Shown piece by piece: positions 39,349-52,312 of a DNA stretch of 64,000 nt (the stretch's first letter is position 1; each line of letters begins with the position of its first letter). The stretch is from contig JBFLGF010000120.1 in NCBI GenBank assembly GCA_050230475.1, forward strand, positions 1 to 64,000. Direction: 5' to 3'. The DNA is from Ancylonema sp. Lineage: Eukaryota. The notes beneath the pieces were generated by a model that saw only the letters and a program-made list of their open reading frames with translations, was not told the origin of the DNA and searched no databases. The translations under genes and the position numbers were made by a program.

Positions 39349-42300
39349 TGTTGGAATATTTGGATAGCCATACCTTATGCTTGCTAGTCCAATTGTAACC
39401 GGTTACTCTAACCGGGAGCAATATTCCTAGATGTGCTTACCGACCGTCGGCACACAACGATGTGTAAAGCGCATCGGGTATTACCATCCCCGATGCGATC
39501 ACAATAATTAATTCGTTCCACACACGCAACTCCTGTATCGTTGATCATCAGTGATAGAGATCCTTTGCGTACGGTTCGTTTTGTCGCCCACCAAATCTCC
39601 TGCACGTCTAATCACTCAAAAGCTTAAAAGGTTATGGGCCCACGTGCGGTCTAGTTCAGACGCCGTGTAAAAACTATAGGCTCCACGCGATTCCCTCCGC
39701 CACGCGATTCGCTGCAAAGATCTCTGAAAACGGTATATTCTGCCAGTGAGGGCAAATTTAGCCGTAGTTAGTTGTTAAGTGCTGCACGTAATTTCGACAC
39801 GACATCGCGCTGCAAGAAATCGAGCTGAGTGCTGCATTGCAGGAATGCACTGAGAGCTCGAGCTGCGTGAGAATTCTCGTGGAATCCTATACAACTGCTG
39901 CCATAATGTCGGATAGATATCAAATTCCGCAATTTACTGGAGCAGATTACAGAGGATGGGCCTTCAAGGTCAAGTATGGGTTAGCAGACAAGAAGCTGCA
40001 TCGTGTGGTCATGGATTGGGACAGCCTGCTTCGGAGGTGTCGTCCAGACATATTATAATGCCATTGACACCAGGAAATGAGCTGCAACGTTAGGGGGATC
40101 GACGTGGGAGTCGAGAGAACGGCTAGGGAGCAGCAAATTTCCCAGCAGCTTCCGCAGCTCGAGAAATGGGACGAGGATAATCTGGCTGCAATGTCATACA
40201 TTGTGAAGCACTTAGGTCCTTCGGAGCTGACGCACGTCACGGACTCACGACAACTGCCGGGATGTGGGAAGCCCTCAGGACATTCTACATGGTGCAGGGA
40301 GCTATCGAAATAGCAAACACTGAGGCGCTGCTGAGCGCTGTATCAGGCGGAGGCTGAGGACCTCAACGCCTACGTGAAGCGGCTGCAGCAGATCCACGAG
40401 GACTTGAAGAACCTGGGTGTGCCTGTGACGCCGATGAAGCAAGCGATCAACCTGCTAAACTCCCTCAACACCCACTACAGCCCTATGGGGTCTACGCTCA
40501 TGCCGTGGTCGGAGTCGTCACCACACCTCTTCACGATTCCTCACATCGTGAGTGCGCTGCTACGCGACGACGTCCGGAAAAAGCTGAACGAGCGGAAGAG
40601 GGGGGCGCTGCCAGGAGGTCACCAAGCAAACTATGGTGGACCTGGAGGAGGTAGCGGAGCTTGGAAGCAGCAGCAGACCTGGTGGTGGTGGTGGAGCTGG
40701 TCGCAGAGACGCTGGTGGCGTCGAATGCTACAACTGCCACCAATTCGGCCACATCAAGGCAAACTCTTCTTCACCAGCCGTTGGCGGAGGCCATGCCGGA
40801 GCTTGGAAATGCCACAGGTACCACCAAGCAGGCCATAGGGCTGCTCAGTGCCCTGCAGTATCGCCAGCAGCTGCCAATGTCGGACACGCACATCAGGGAA
40901 GTTCAGGGGGGGAAATCAAGTGCAGATATTGCAACAACAACAGCATTCCATTGACAAATGTAGAAAACGTGCATCTGATATGGCATTGATGAACTCAGAG
41001 GCTACTCGAAAGGCTGAAGCACAGGCTAGACTTGCTCGCTTTGCTGACACACCTTTCGATGCCAATGTGGATTATCTTGCTTTTGGTGCAACATTTGATG
41101 TTGCCCGAGCTCTGTCTGCTGGTTCTCACAAAGAGCCTCTCATCCTGGATTCAGGGGCTACTGACCACATTTTCACCGAGCGTGACCATTTCGTTGAGCA
41201 CACCCCGACCCTGAGCACGCAAAGAGCCTTCATCACCACTGCTGACGGCTCGTCGCACAAGGTGGCAGGCACGGGTTTCGTGCACATCCGAGTCACATCC
41301 GAGTGAGGAACGGCAACACGTTCTTCGTGCAGCCTCTCAACCCCTACCTTTGCCTGCACCCTCGTGTCGACATCATGCCTCGTCAAAAGAGGTGGGCTGA
41401 GCTTCTTACAGCTGCCCGCGGGTCCAGAATTGAAAAAGGGGGATGATGGGCTGATGTAGTTGGATGTACTGCAGCAGCCTAGTGGTCTGACTTTGCTTGC
41501 TGCTACCATCGTCATGCCTGGATCTCATGATACGAACTTATCCACAGGCATGATCTGACATCACAAACTGGGTCACCCCGGTTCTGATGTGATGTCAGAT
41601 TTTGTCAAACGTGGTGACATCCCACAGTTAAGTCCAGATGAATTAACTGAAGTCAGGAGGGGATGTCAAGTTTGGTGTCAGGGGAAAATGAGTCAGTTGA
41701 GTCACGCTAAGGCCAGCGAGGATCTGGGGACATGGCCCAAGATGGGTCGCATTCACCTGGATCTGATTGGTCTGTCTGTTAGGTCTGCTAATGGAGGTTT
41801 CACTTATGCTACAGGTGAGGTGTCCACACGTCTGTCATTTGTCAGTTTACTGAAAACTAAGGATGAAGCACTGAACCGAGTAAAGGTCACTATACAGTTG
41901 CTCGAGGTACAGTCAGGGTTGCCACTACAGTCTATAAGGACAGACAAGGTGGGGAGTATGTGTCTCAGGACTGGATGAACTACTGTGGGGGGAAGGGAAT
42001 TGACAAACAAACCACAAAACCATACAGTCCTGAACAAAATGGCATCTGTGAGAGACTGAACAGAACTTTGACACAAAAGATGCGATGCATACTAATTTGG
42101 TCAGGTTTACCAAAGTCATATTGGGATGTTGCACTGTTGCATGCAAACTGGTTAAGAAACAGAACACCAACTAAGTCGCTCGCTGGCAAGATACCAATTG
42201 AAGTCTGGGAGGGAAAGAAGTTAAAAATGAACAAAAGTCAGAACTTTGGGTGTCTGGTGCAATATTTAAAAGTTGGAGCAGAAAAGAACAGGCAAGGGGA

Positions 42301-43600
42301 CAAGTTTGCCCCTCGCACGTGTTTTGGTGTGTTTCTGGGGATCGCTGCGGGGAGTGCAGGCTACAACGTGTTCGACCCTCATAGGGTGGGGGTGATAGCA
42401 CGCACGGACGTGCGGTTCTTCGAGGAGGTGCCGGGGTACCCGACTGATGGGGGGGAGAGCTCCCCAGGTTGAGGCTACAGCAGAAAAACACTTCTTATAT
42501 CTGTTCCCCGACACCGAAGATGAACCCCCAGCAGCACTTGTGCCAGCAGCAGCAGTTCCCCCCAACATGCCAGCAGTCGTGCCACCAATGCCAGCACCAG
42601 CAGCTCCAGCAGCCCTAGCCCTAGCTCTAGCTGCCAACAATCTTCAGCACGACGCCTTCCAGCCACAAGCTGCTGAGGTCCCCATCATTTCGATTGAGCT
42701 GTCTGACAGCCAGTCTGGGATCAACAATGCAGGAGGTGGAGATGCAGGGGAGGAGGAGGTGCAAGGAGGGGGTGCGAACCTAGCAGAGGTGGGGGAGCCA
42801 GGCAGCATAGCAGACAGGGTAATGGCCAGATGGAGAGCCAACTTTGCCCAATATGGGGACATTCTGTGATGTGATGGGGAGGAGTTCGACGACGAGGCAC
42901 ACGCCAACTACTCAGCGACTGAGTGCCAGCTGCGTCTTCACTGGCTTCAACGGTCCAGTAGACCCTGGCTACGCCTGCGTCGCATCATCCAACAACTCCT
43001 CCGAGCCACTCACCCTCAACCATGCCATGAGGAGGCCCCAGACTGGGACCACTAGGACAGAGCTATCGTCGAAGAGCTCGCTGCCCTGGAGACGTTCAAC
43101 ACCTTTGAGGTGTGTATTCTTCCTCCAGGTAAAAAAGGCTGTGGGATGTCGTTATGTTTTTAAAGTCAAAATAACACCTAAGGGGGATATTGAAAGATAT
43201 AAAGTCTGACTGGTCGCACAGGGATTTTTAACAGCAAGAGGGAATTGACTATAATGAAGTATTTGCACCAGTTATTGACAGTACATCTATCACTTTATCT
43301 CCTCGCTATAGCAAACCACTTTGACTGGGAACTGGAACAGATGGACGTGATAACAGAGTTCTTGCATGGACGTCTGGAAGAAGAAGTATATATGAAAATA
43401 CCACCACGTATGTATATAAAAGAGGGTGCTGAGGGAAAGGTCTTACGACTGAAGGGTGCTTTGTACGGACTGAAACAGAGTAGCCACGTGTGGCAAGAAA
43501 TGTTCAGAAAATTCATGATATGTGAAGGGTTTAAACAATGTGTAATGGATACTTGCATATACATGAGGGGAGAGGGGGACAGCATACTCATATGCATATG
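39349..43600 (+). mobile_element. Ty1/Copia retrotransposon, decayed and 3'-truncated: 5' LTR (39349-39629), PBS, gag, protease, integrase, partial RT
   Basis: LTR starts TGTTGGAATA; PBS GGTTATGGGCCCAC; gag from 39906 (IPQFTGADYRGWAFKV, zinc knuckles). Protease LILDSGATDH; GAG-pre-integrase HHKLGHP...CQVWCQGK; integrase RIHLDLIG / IRTD / PYSPEQNGICERLNRTL; RT AVGCRYVFKVK, WELEQMDV, LKGALYGLKQS. Many stops and frameshifts; no RNase H or 3' LTR. Confidence 0.93.
39630..39643 (+). promoter_or_regulatory. Retrotransposon primer-binding site complementary to the anticodon arm of initiator tRNA-Met (half-tRNA priming)
   Basis: GGTTATGGGCCCAC directly follows the 5' LTR. It is the reverse complement of GUGGGCCCAUAACC in plant tRNAiMet as I recall that sequence. 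Confidence 0.85.
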
Positions 43601-43961
43601 CATCGATCGACATCCATCGAACAAGCAATAACTTGATTGTAGTTGGTGTCTATTGCGACTCTAAAAGAGTATTGTGTGCATGACAACAACACTTCACTTT
43701 GCCACGTTGTCACGTAGAAATGGACAACGCAAGCTAGCCCTCTTGAATTTCCGAGGCCAGCCTTATCGCCAAGCGGATGGAAGAAGAATTTACGTCATTT
43801 TGAATCGACAAGGTCCTCGAAATGGCTCCGAAATGACGGTGGTCTTCCTGTGGATTTGACCCACAAGGGGGGAAGAACGGCTCGAAAAAAGGGTGTTGTG
43901 CACCACGAGTAGCGCTACTCCATATTGTGACGTGACGCCCTCCTTGCTCTATAGTGGAGTT

Positions 43962-46361
43962 TTAAAGAAGCTCCCAAATCTGCGCAAGCACCAATCGCCT
44001 CAATCCCATTGTTCATATGTTGGCCACATTCTGCGTGCGTGTATGGTGAGCGTAGAGGGGTATTCGTATACACATATATGCACAGATACATGTATACATA
44101 TAAACACATATACAATTATATCTTCATACATGGAAACATGTACACACATACACGTATATACACATATTTTATATACATATAAATACATATTTCAGTGTAT
44201 ATACTACCATAGAGTAGTCGGACATTTACACACACTCAATGTGAAACCAAGACAAAGTAAATCACAAAGGCAACTCTTTCCATTGAATTTGCTGACATAG
44301 ATGTTGGCAATGTTCAAATGTGGCCATTTTTCACCACATGTCCCATAAAACTTGTCGTATCAAATGATACGAAACCCGCGAGCAAATCCCTCCACCAATA
44401 CCATATGCATAAACCCACTTACCACCTTTAGAGAGGTGAAGTCACAACCACAAGAGCACCAGTAGGGGTTGGGGTTGGGGGGGGGGGGGGGGGGTCAAAT
44501 TGGAACTCTCACATTGATCGGCATTGCTTCAATACTACAATTCGTTGTCTCTTCCATCCGACGCAGGGCGGACACCTCTCCCGCGGAAACAAAGTTGATC
44601 ACCTCCCCTCCTGAACCCGAAACCCCACCCCCAAATCCCAACCACAACCGCAGCCCCAGCCCCAACCCCATCCCCACCCCCAACCCCAACCCCAACCCCA
44701 ACCCCAGGCCTCCAGGTGAGTGGTCAGAATACAACCAGGGAGGAGAAAATGAATGCGACGGATGAATCCCTCACAACCGATGCCTGGGGATTTTATAATA
44801 CTCGTGAGGAACGAGAATGAGTACATCGCAACCCCTCTCACCTGCTGCCCCTCCCATCGTGTGACTCAAACATGCAGAGACCCTCCGCATGTACGACTCC
44901 TGGATACACACCCAAAACCAATCGCAGACTGACAGCTGTCGGTGATTCTAAATGGTGACTGACACGTGTCGACAGACCCTGGATAAAGCACACACGTGCG
45001 GATGAAATATAACCCAAAAGAAAGAAAGTCATTGCAATCTAAGAGCCCTGGGGGAAGGGGGGTGGAGGAAATGGCAAGCCACCTTCTTCTCCGGTAGATC
45101 ATAATTGATGAGTACCCTCGCCCCCAGGGGCCCCTCCCCCCCCCCCTGACTCGGCAGACACGCGTCGGTGGACAGAAGAAGATGCGGCTTCGACCCGTCG
45201 CAGTCCCCCCCTCCACCCCCCCCCTTCCTCATCCCCCACTGGGCGGTGGTGCGACGGAAGGAGGACAGCATAGAGTGACGCTCGCCCTCACCTTGGTCGC
45301 TGTGCTGAACCCTAAACCCCAAACTCAAGGCCCGAACCCAAACCTGAAAAAGACCGAAACTTTCAACCCGAAACTCGAAACCAAAAACTCAACCTTTGCA
45401 ACTCAAAGCCCGAAACTGAGAACCCCGAAGCCAAAACCGAAACAGTCGAGAGGAGTTGGTGGATTAGACTAGAAGACTTGTTTTGTATTCGGAACCATAT
45501 ATTCTTGTTGCACCTTGCGCTGATCTCGTGTTTGTAAAATTTTCTGCGATTCCAGAGTCCTTGCTGCGATGTTGAATTTGAAGAAGAAAGCATAGGGAGG
45601 AGGAAGAAAGCATAGGGAGGAGGAAGAAACAGTAAATTAAAATTAAAAAAAGGGGGAAAAAAAAAGGCGCACGTGTTGTTTTCAGTATGAAGGACTGCCT
45701 CCGCACCTTGAGCACTGATGAGCCCCCATGGCTCGTAGGTGGGGCGACTGGAAAAGTTCATCAAATAAATATGAACTTTTGTCTGTTTAGAGGACAGTAC
45801 TTTCACTCTGGGACACTGGTCGGGAAAGATTTGAGAGTATAATGCACAAGTAGCCGAGGTTCTTTCTCATAGAGTGACAAATTCAGAGGTTGCATGCACT
45901 GTCTACGACTGGTGATGTGACAGTGCGTACAAGCCCCCGATCATACCAGGTAGGAGACAGAGAATCTTTTCAACGCTGACGTGGCCGCCAGTAGAGCGTC
46001 CAGGACATCGCGACTGCCACATGCGATGGCCAATGGGAGAGAAGGAAGGCGTCCTAGATGCTCCAGTAGGTCCACAAATGATTCCTGTCCGAAAGTTGGG
46101 GCAGCACAATAAAACAGGAGGCACAGGCAAGGGGGGAAATAATTTCATGCAATAATGACATACATATTTCGTTAAGTTCCTTGAATTGATCCTTGAATTT
46201 AATAAGAAGGCTGGAAGTAAGGAAGAACTGTTTTTTACATGTGGGAAATGGGTACAGTGTCCTCATATCTTCCACTTGACTGTCAGATTGAAATAGCCCC
46301 TCACCATTTTGAAGTGCTGACGATCCACGGCCACGTAAAAGTGATGTAGGGGGTGTGACAT
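43962..46361 (-). CDS. eIF4A/DEAD-box-like protein consisting only of the C-terminal RecA (helicase-C) domain, 196 aa, 6 exons
   Basis: Exons 46361-46305, 46084-45947, 45304-45083, 44899-44842, 44610-44513 and 43979-43962 total 591 nt in frame. The product reads MSHPLHHFYVAVDRQHFKMESFVDLL...AIACGSRD...LHSDQGEGER...FR...LLLSTDACL...VLINYDLPEKKESYMRRVSACL...VINFV...IEAMPINIWELL*. It resembles a small conserved plant protein (At4g37020-like, from memory). Confidence 0.88.
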
Positions 46362-46545
46362 GGCGGAACGCCTGCGGTTAGCCAGGAGAGTACCGCCAAA
46401 GGCGATAGGTAATAAATGTCACAAACACCGGATAGGTAACACTTGGTCAAAGAGGCTACATGGGATGCGGTGAAAAACTAAGCGCACATGTCCAGCGGGC
46501 GGGCATGGGCGGGCACAGCCGGAAGGCATCCATGTGGCCCACACA

Positions 46546-48182
46546 CAGCAGTCTTGATTAGTGATCGGGGAGCCCACGAGCCCGCGAGCCCGTGAGCCAC
46601 AGGATCCGAGCCCGTGATCCTGATTTTGTTCGCCGACGGGCTCAGAGGCCGACGGGCTAGCGATTTTCGGGCTCAACGGGCTCCGGGCTCCGACGGGCTC
46701 GGACGGGCTCAAAAAGAGCTCCGACGGGCTCGTTTTGACTCACTTTCTGGTTGTCATGTGATCTTCAGATTCTACACAACGTATTCAACGCCCGTGTTAT
46801 TCCCCGAAAAAAATCCAAAAAATTACATAAAAGCCCATTTGAGGCAATAGACTATAGTGGAGTAGTGGCCCTTAGTGGCCCTTCAAAGTAGTATCATGTA
46901 TCCATCAAGTTTGAGACCCCTCTCTTTTGATGCCTCTAGTTTTTCCGATTCTTGGTTTACCCATTTATCAACATAAATTAGGGAAAAAGGTTGTCTCGAT
47001 TTATAGACTTAAAAGTACACGTTGAGAGGTGAGAAATTGCAATGGTTACTGTAGTGTAAGTCTTATTGGTATGTTGGTTTGTTTACGTAGTGTGGTAAGC
47101 TCAAATGTGGTTGCATTCATATTGATGTTCCCTTGAGATAAACTACCTTGGTGTGATTCTCATGTCGGTAAACTTCTCTACCATAAAAAAATTACTAAAT
47201 AATAGTGGATGTATAAGCTTCACGTTTTTTTGTCATTCACTCTTGTTGAGGTGCTCGTGCGTGTGTGTTCGGAAATGCATGATTCGGTTTAACACACTAA
47301 CGCATCCATGAAGGACATGTCACACATGAAACAACATGCGTCATTAAATGACTTGCACATGTGAATTTGTTCTCAAATAGATCACACATCAATATGTGTT
47401 ACACAAGAGTCCATGTGAACCGCGTTGGGGACATCGTGAAAAAAAAAACCCCATTATTTTGTGTGGTAATCAATCGAATGATGTTCAAAAAATTCGGAGC
47501 CCGTTTTTTTCCCCCAAGGATCCCGTCGACCCCGCGAGCCCGCTTTGAGCTCGTCGGGCTCCAAGACTCCGTTGAGCCCGACGAGCCCGACTGGGCTCGT
47601 ATATACGAGTCGGGCTCGCGAGCCCGGATCCGGAGCCCCGAGGTTTTGGTGCGGGCTCCCCGATCACTAGTCTTGATATAGTGACACACTCTACAGCGAC
47701 AATCTCGATATAGTGATACTTTTTTTGCCCTATTTCTAATCCTAGTTGGTATATAAAAACCAACTGTATATAGCGACAATCGCTATAGTGCCATATGTTA
47801 TAGTGACCAAAAAATCCCAGATTTTACTATTGCGATGTTAGTGACATCATGTCACTATACCATGAAAACCTGTCTAAATTTATGAATTGTCTTATATAAT
47901 ATATAATTTCAGCCCGATTCTGGTTTTCACCTAAAACATGATGTGTAAATCAATTACCTCTCTGTAATTTCGTTTTTTTTTAATGGTTCCAACATGAGTC
48001 ATGTAGACAAGTTATAGTATAGCGAGTGGATACTATAACAAACTTAGTTTAAATGAGCCACCTCCGTTAAAAATACTGACCTTATTGCGACTTTCTCTCG
48101 ATATAGTGACATTTGCCCCTTGCCGTTCTACCGAATGTCACTATACAGTGTATGGTGACAGCCATAGCATTCCCCTGCACTG
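46546..48182. mobile_element. MITE family A, copy 2; left TIR split by a hAT insertion, right TIR partly deleted
   Basis: CAGCAGTCTTGAT at 46546-46558 resumes as GTCTTGATATAGTGAC at 47670. 47670-48170 is collinear with 25894-26380 and the copy ends CTGCACTG+TA. Confidence 0.85.
46559..47669. mobile_element. Non-autonomous hAT element, 1111 bp
   Basis: Perfect 17-bp TIR TAGTGATCGGGGAGCCC / GGGCTCCCCGATCACTA, perfect 8-bp TSD GTCTTGAT (46551-46558, 47670-47677), dense subterminal GAGCCC(G) repeats, no transposase ORF. Confidence 0.95.
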
Positions 48183-50559
48183 TACACGCCGGTTGAAATC
48201 TTCGCCCGGCAACGCCAGCGAGCAACTTCGCCCGCGGATGACAAAGCGTATGCCGACCTGGCGGGCGGGTATATCAAGCTATTTTAATGTACTAGTCTTT
48301 ACATTTTTTTAAACTCCACATTAGCGGTAATCGAAATAAAAAAGTAGAAAGTGCTAATATCGACTACATGGTCCAATTTCAAATTATATTATGACTCTCA
48401 TAGAAGAAAACGAAATAATCATGAGGGAATCACGTTGCGAACCCCATTCTTTTGCAACGAAGTAAACCAGAGAATCTAAAAAATACATAGGAGGGCAATT
48501 AATACAGTGCAAAGTTCCTCACAATAGGGGACCCGAGCTACCACACGTAACTCATTCGCCGTAACAAACGCGCGCGGGGGGCGGGGGGGGAGAGAAATAC
48601 ATACCCTGCATTAAACGCAATGTGCTAGCATAGATAGCATGTGCTAAAGACCGATGCAAAGCAACCAAAGACCTGTGGCGATACCATGGTGGTGCCCCGA
48701 CATACCGCCCTTCTCCGCCGCGCCATAAAACGTGTGGACATTATGCAATTTTTTACTTGCTTACTTTGAATCCATAAATTCAGCATTGATATTCAACATC
48801 GAAATTCAGCATTCAGCATCAGCATTGAAATTCAACAGATTGTCTATCCTATATTAATATGTGAAAATCGAGATAGAGACTCTAGTGTTGTCTATCGATA
48901 CCCCGGACGCATGAATTTGCCGGTTTTGCAACGGCCGGTTGATCCGATCAGCCGGTCGAGAATGCGCCAGGAACAACACCCGTTTTGTGCATGCCTGGCA
49001 CACTTGGTAGTCGGGCATTAATATTGATTCGCAAGGTTTAATACTTCACTCGAAGTCGGGGAGGGGTAATATTATATTACACATGTGTGACGAGCGTAGG
49101 TTATAAATGTAAACCGTGGTAACTAGGGTTGTGAATGTTACACTTACACCTTACACTTACACCAATATGTAAGGTGTAATGTAAAATTACATATCATTTT
49201 TACTGATTACAAATAATCGTCATACTGAGAGCAAAAACTCCCCAAAGACGTAATTTATTTTAAGTTTCCGTCATGTGATATTTATACAAAAATTATTTAA
49301 ATGATTGGTTTTTATTTTAAAAGAAGAAAATCAATTAAAAACACACAAAAAAAGGAGATCAAAAGTTTGGTTGATGTTGCGACTCTAGGTTGTTTTGAGC
49401 AAAAAAATGTAATCGCTGGACCATTTTCGTATACATTGGCGTACTTCCTCCTTGAGATTTATTTTCAATATCGCTATTGAGTCATTGTCAGGCATCAATG
49501 ACTTTATGTCGTAATGGAAAGATAATCATGTTAGTAACTTGCGAAGTTTGAAAATCGTGTTATTTGTCCGCTTTTCCATTTGCATTCAACGTCATGGGAT
49601 ATTAATATCGTCTGATGACAATTTTTTTGTTGGGGCATTTTCATTCCTCGGGCCAAAATGCTAAACATTTTCAAAATACTGGAAAAAAATAAAGGAAAAT
49701 ATTATGTTATGAAGCCGATTTTTTTAACATCATACCAAAACATTCAGAGCATTATCAACTATAGTTGCACGAACCGGCTGTTTCATTTTTTTGGAACCGG
49801 TTCCAAGATGAAACCGTTTAGAAACCGGACGAACCAAGTGATTTGTAGGGCTTTCCTCCTTCCCGCGGTATTGCAATATTTTCCTACCAAAAAATGTACG
49901 CGGAAAAAATATATCGTTGTACATGTTCATGTTGGTGACTCCACGTCACTTTCGGACGCTAAAATTGTTTAATATTTCATCGGGAAAATATGGCGCGGCC
50001 ATTACAAGGTTTAATTTGCTTTCTTTTGCAAGTCCATCGGCGAAGAACAGCACCCGACCTTCCACTCTGGTACACACATCTGGCTTTAAAACCGTAAGGG
50101 ATGTGGAAGGTAGAGGAGAAGAGTAAAATTATTTAGAGTTGTGAGCTTATTTAGAGGTGTTAGAGCTTTGAGAGCACGATTTGAAAGAGAAAATACGGTT
50201 GAAGCATATGTCAAATTTCATTAGATTACGGGTAAAATCATATTCTCGTAATATTTTTACATGGAGGTATAACACGGAAATGGGAACGAGGAAAGATGTA
50301 TGGAACGGAGATGAGCATATGATGATTATATATTAAAAAAACCATTTCATTTAAATACGTGTACATAAATAGACATACGGTTTTCAGAGAATCGAGCAAA
50401 ACATATGCACCAAAAATACTGAGGGTGTACTCATGCGGAAAATCTTTCTGTTTTTTTTTACAATGGATGTTATTTGTTTGATATATTTGTTGGATTTTTG
50501 TAGTATGACGAGCTACACGAAAAAAAAAAAAAAAACCGTTTTTTTCCGTGCCAAATAAC

Positions 50560-51066
50560 TAGGGTTGTGAAATTATCGTAATTGGGATTTTGTCCCCGTA
50601 ATTACCGACCAAAATTACATGATTACGCGTAAATCGCGTAATTCGTAATTTGGGAGCGTCACTTTAATGTCGATATCAAGCCGGAATTTCCACTGTCACA
50701 CGTGTGGAAACCAATAAACACGTACGGAATAGTCCGATTTCTATGATCGCATGTGTTTCCTCACAAGTACTATCGTACATTGAAACAAAAAAATGGATGG
50801 AAAAGTACATTTGCCTTTTACCGTACATATATTTGTACAACATGCGCTCGATGTAAAAAAATTGTTGTGTATAATATGTACGGTATGTGTACGATTACGC
50901 TTACAGTTATGATTTTTCCAGGGTAACGGCAATTCCGGGCCCGTCATGACCAAAATAAGTGAATCGCTTTAATTCGTAACGTTACCGAGGGTGTGCGTAG
51001 TTACGCGTAAAAATGACGCGTAATTTACCGTCACGCGTAAGCGTCACGGTCACGTTCACAACCCTA
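50560..51066. mobile_element. Non-autonomous hAT element (TAGGGTTGTGAA family), 507 bp
   Basis: 12-bp TIR TAGGGTTGTGAA / TTCACAACCCTA, TSD CAAATAAC / CACATAAC (1 mismatch), subterminal CGTAA/TTACG repeats. Related left ends start at 49124 and 51075. Confidence 0.85.
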
Positions 51067-52312
51067 CACATAACTAGGTTGTGGATTTTACATTTACGTT
51101 TTGTTTTACATTAAGTAATACGTCAATTACCGTTTTTTACGGTAATCTTACCGTAATCTTACAAGTTACATCGATTTGCTCAATTACGTAATATATGGCC
51201 AAAATGGCGATAACACGTTATTTGTAAGGATTTCGATTGGAGTTATTGAATAAAAAAATAAAAAAATATGTGTGGATACATTTTTTTCCCCATATTTAAA
51301 ATATATAGTTTGCATATTATATGTCCAACATCAACGGAGTTATCGATGTTAATATCTTGTATGTCAATTATTGTGTACTATGAAAAGTTTTACAAGAGTA
51401 CCTCCAAATCCTCGTACCTCATATTCTTCGACATGTATGTTACCCGAGAGAGTAATGGGGAAAAATGGAATTCCTTCATAAAATGCATTCCGAGCAAGTC
51501 CATTTTCGATACCCAATCGGAATGCCGTCCGAGATAATTTTTTTGCCGGTTTGTGCGACTACAATAATGGTATGTCCCTTAAATAAGTTGTCGAGGTGGG
51601 TGACAACGGGAGTCGGCATGTTGTATAACGAAATCGAGGTCCGATTCATCATACGTTTTGCACCTATATGTCGTAGATGTTAACGCGTGGCCCGCGATCT
51701 GAGATGATGTGACACGTTTGGGATAACCATGCCTTGATGGCGGGTATGTAGAAGTTTTTTAGGGTTTTTGGGGGTTCGATATTTAGTTATCCACAAATAC
51801 CGAACAAAATTTTCTAAAGTTTGAATATCAACTAAAAGACGTACTCTACGTTAAAATAAGAGAGTAACTAGAAAAGCATGAGCCATCCCCAAGCTATGCT
51901 TTCTTGAAATCGGGTTCGTAAAAATCCGTAATGTAGCCCCATCCGGACGAACGGTGCAACGCGTTCGGAGAGTTTTTTGTTACCCGCCCGCGCGCGGGGT
52001 GCATCATTGGTCTGACATGTGAAACACAACCACAGTCCCGCGATTCGATTCGATGATTCGATTCGATGGAGTACTTTCTGTCATCATTGCTTGTTGTACG
52101 ATAGCAAGGTCCCACAACAGGCCTTTGTCGTGTCCGGCTTCACCTCTCTTCCCCCTTGCCCCAAAACAGTTGTGGAGGTAGCATAACTGGAGTCCTCGCG
52201 GATTTATATCCCCACTCCCCGGGTACCACACATTCCTCCTGAACTGTAGGCGCCTAGAATGAGCCGGAAGTGCATTGAAATTTAAGTCTCTTGCACACGG
52301 CTCGTCTCTCAA

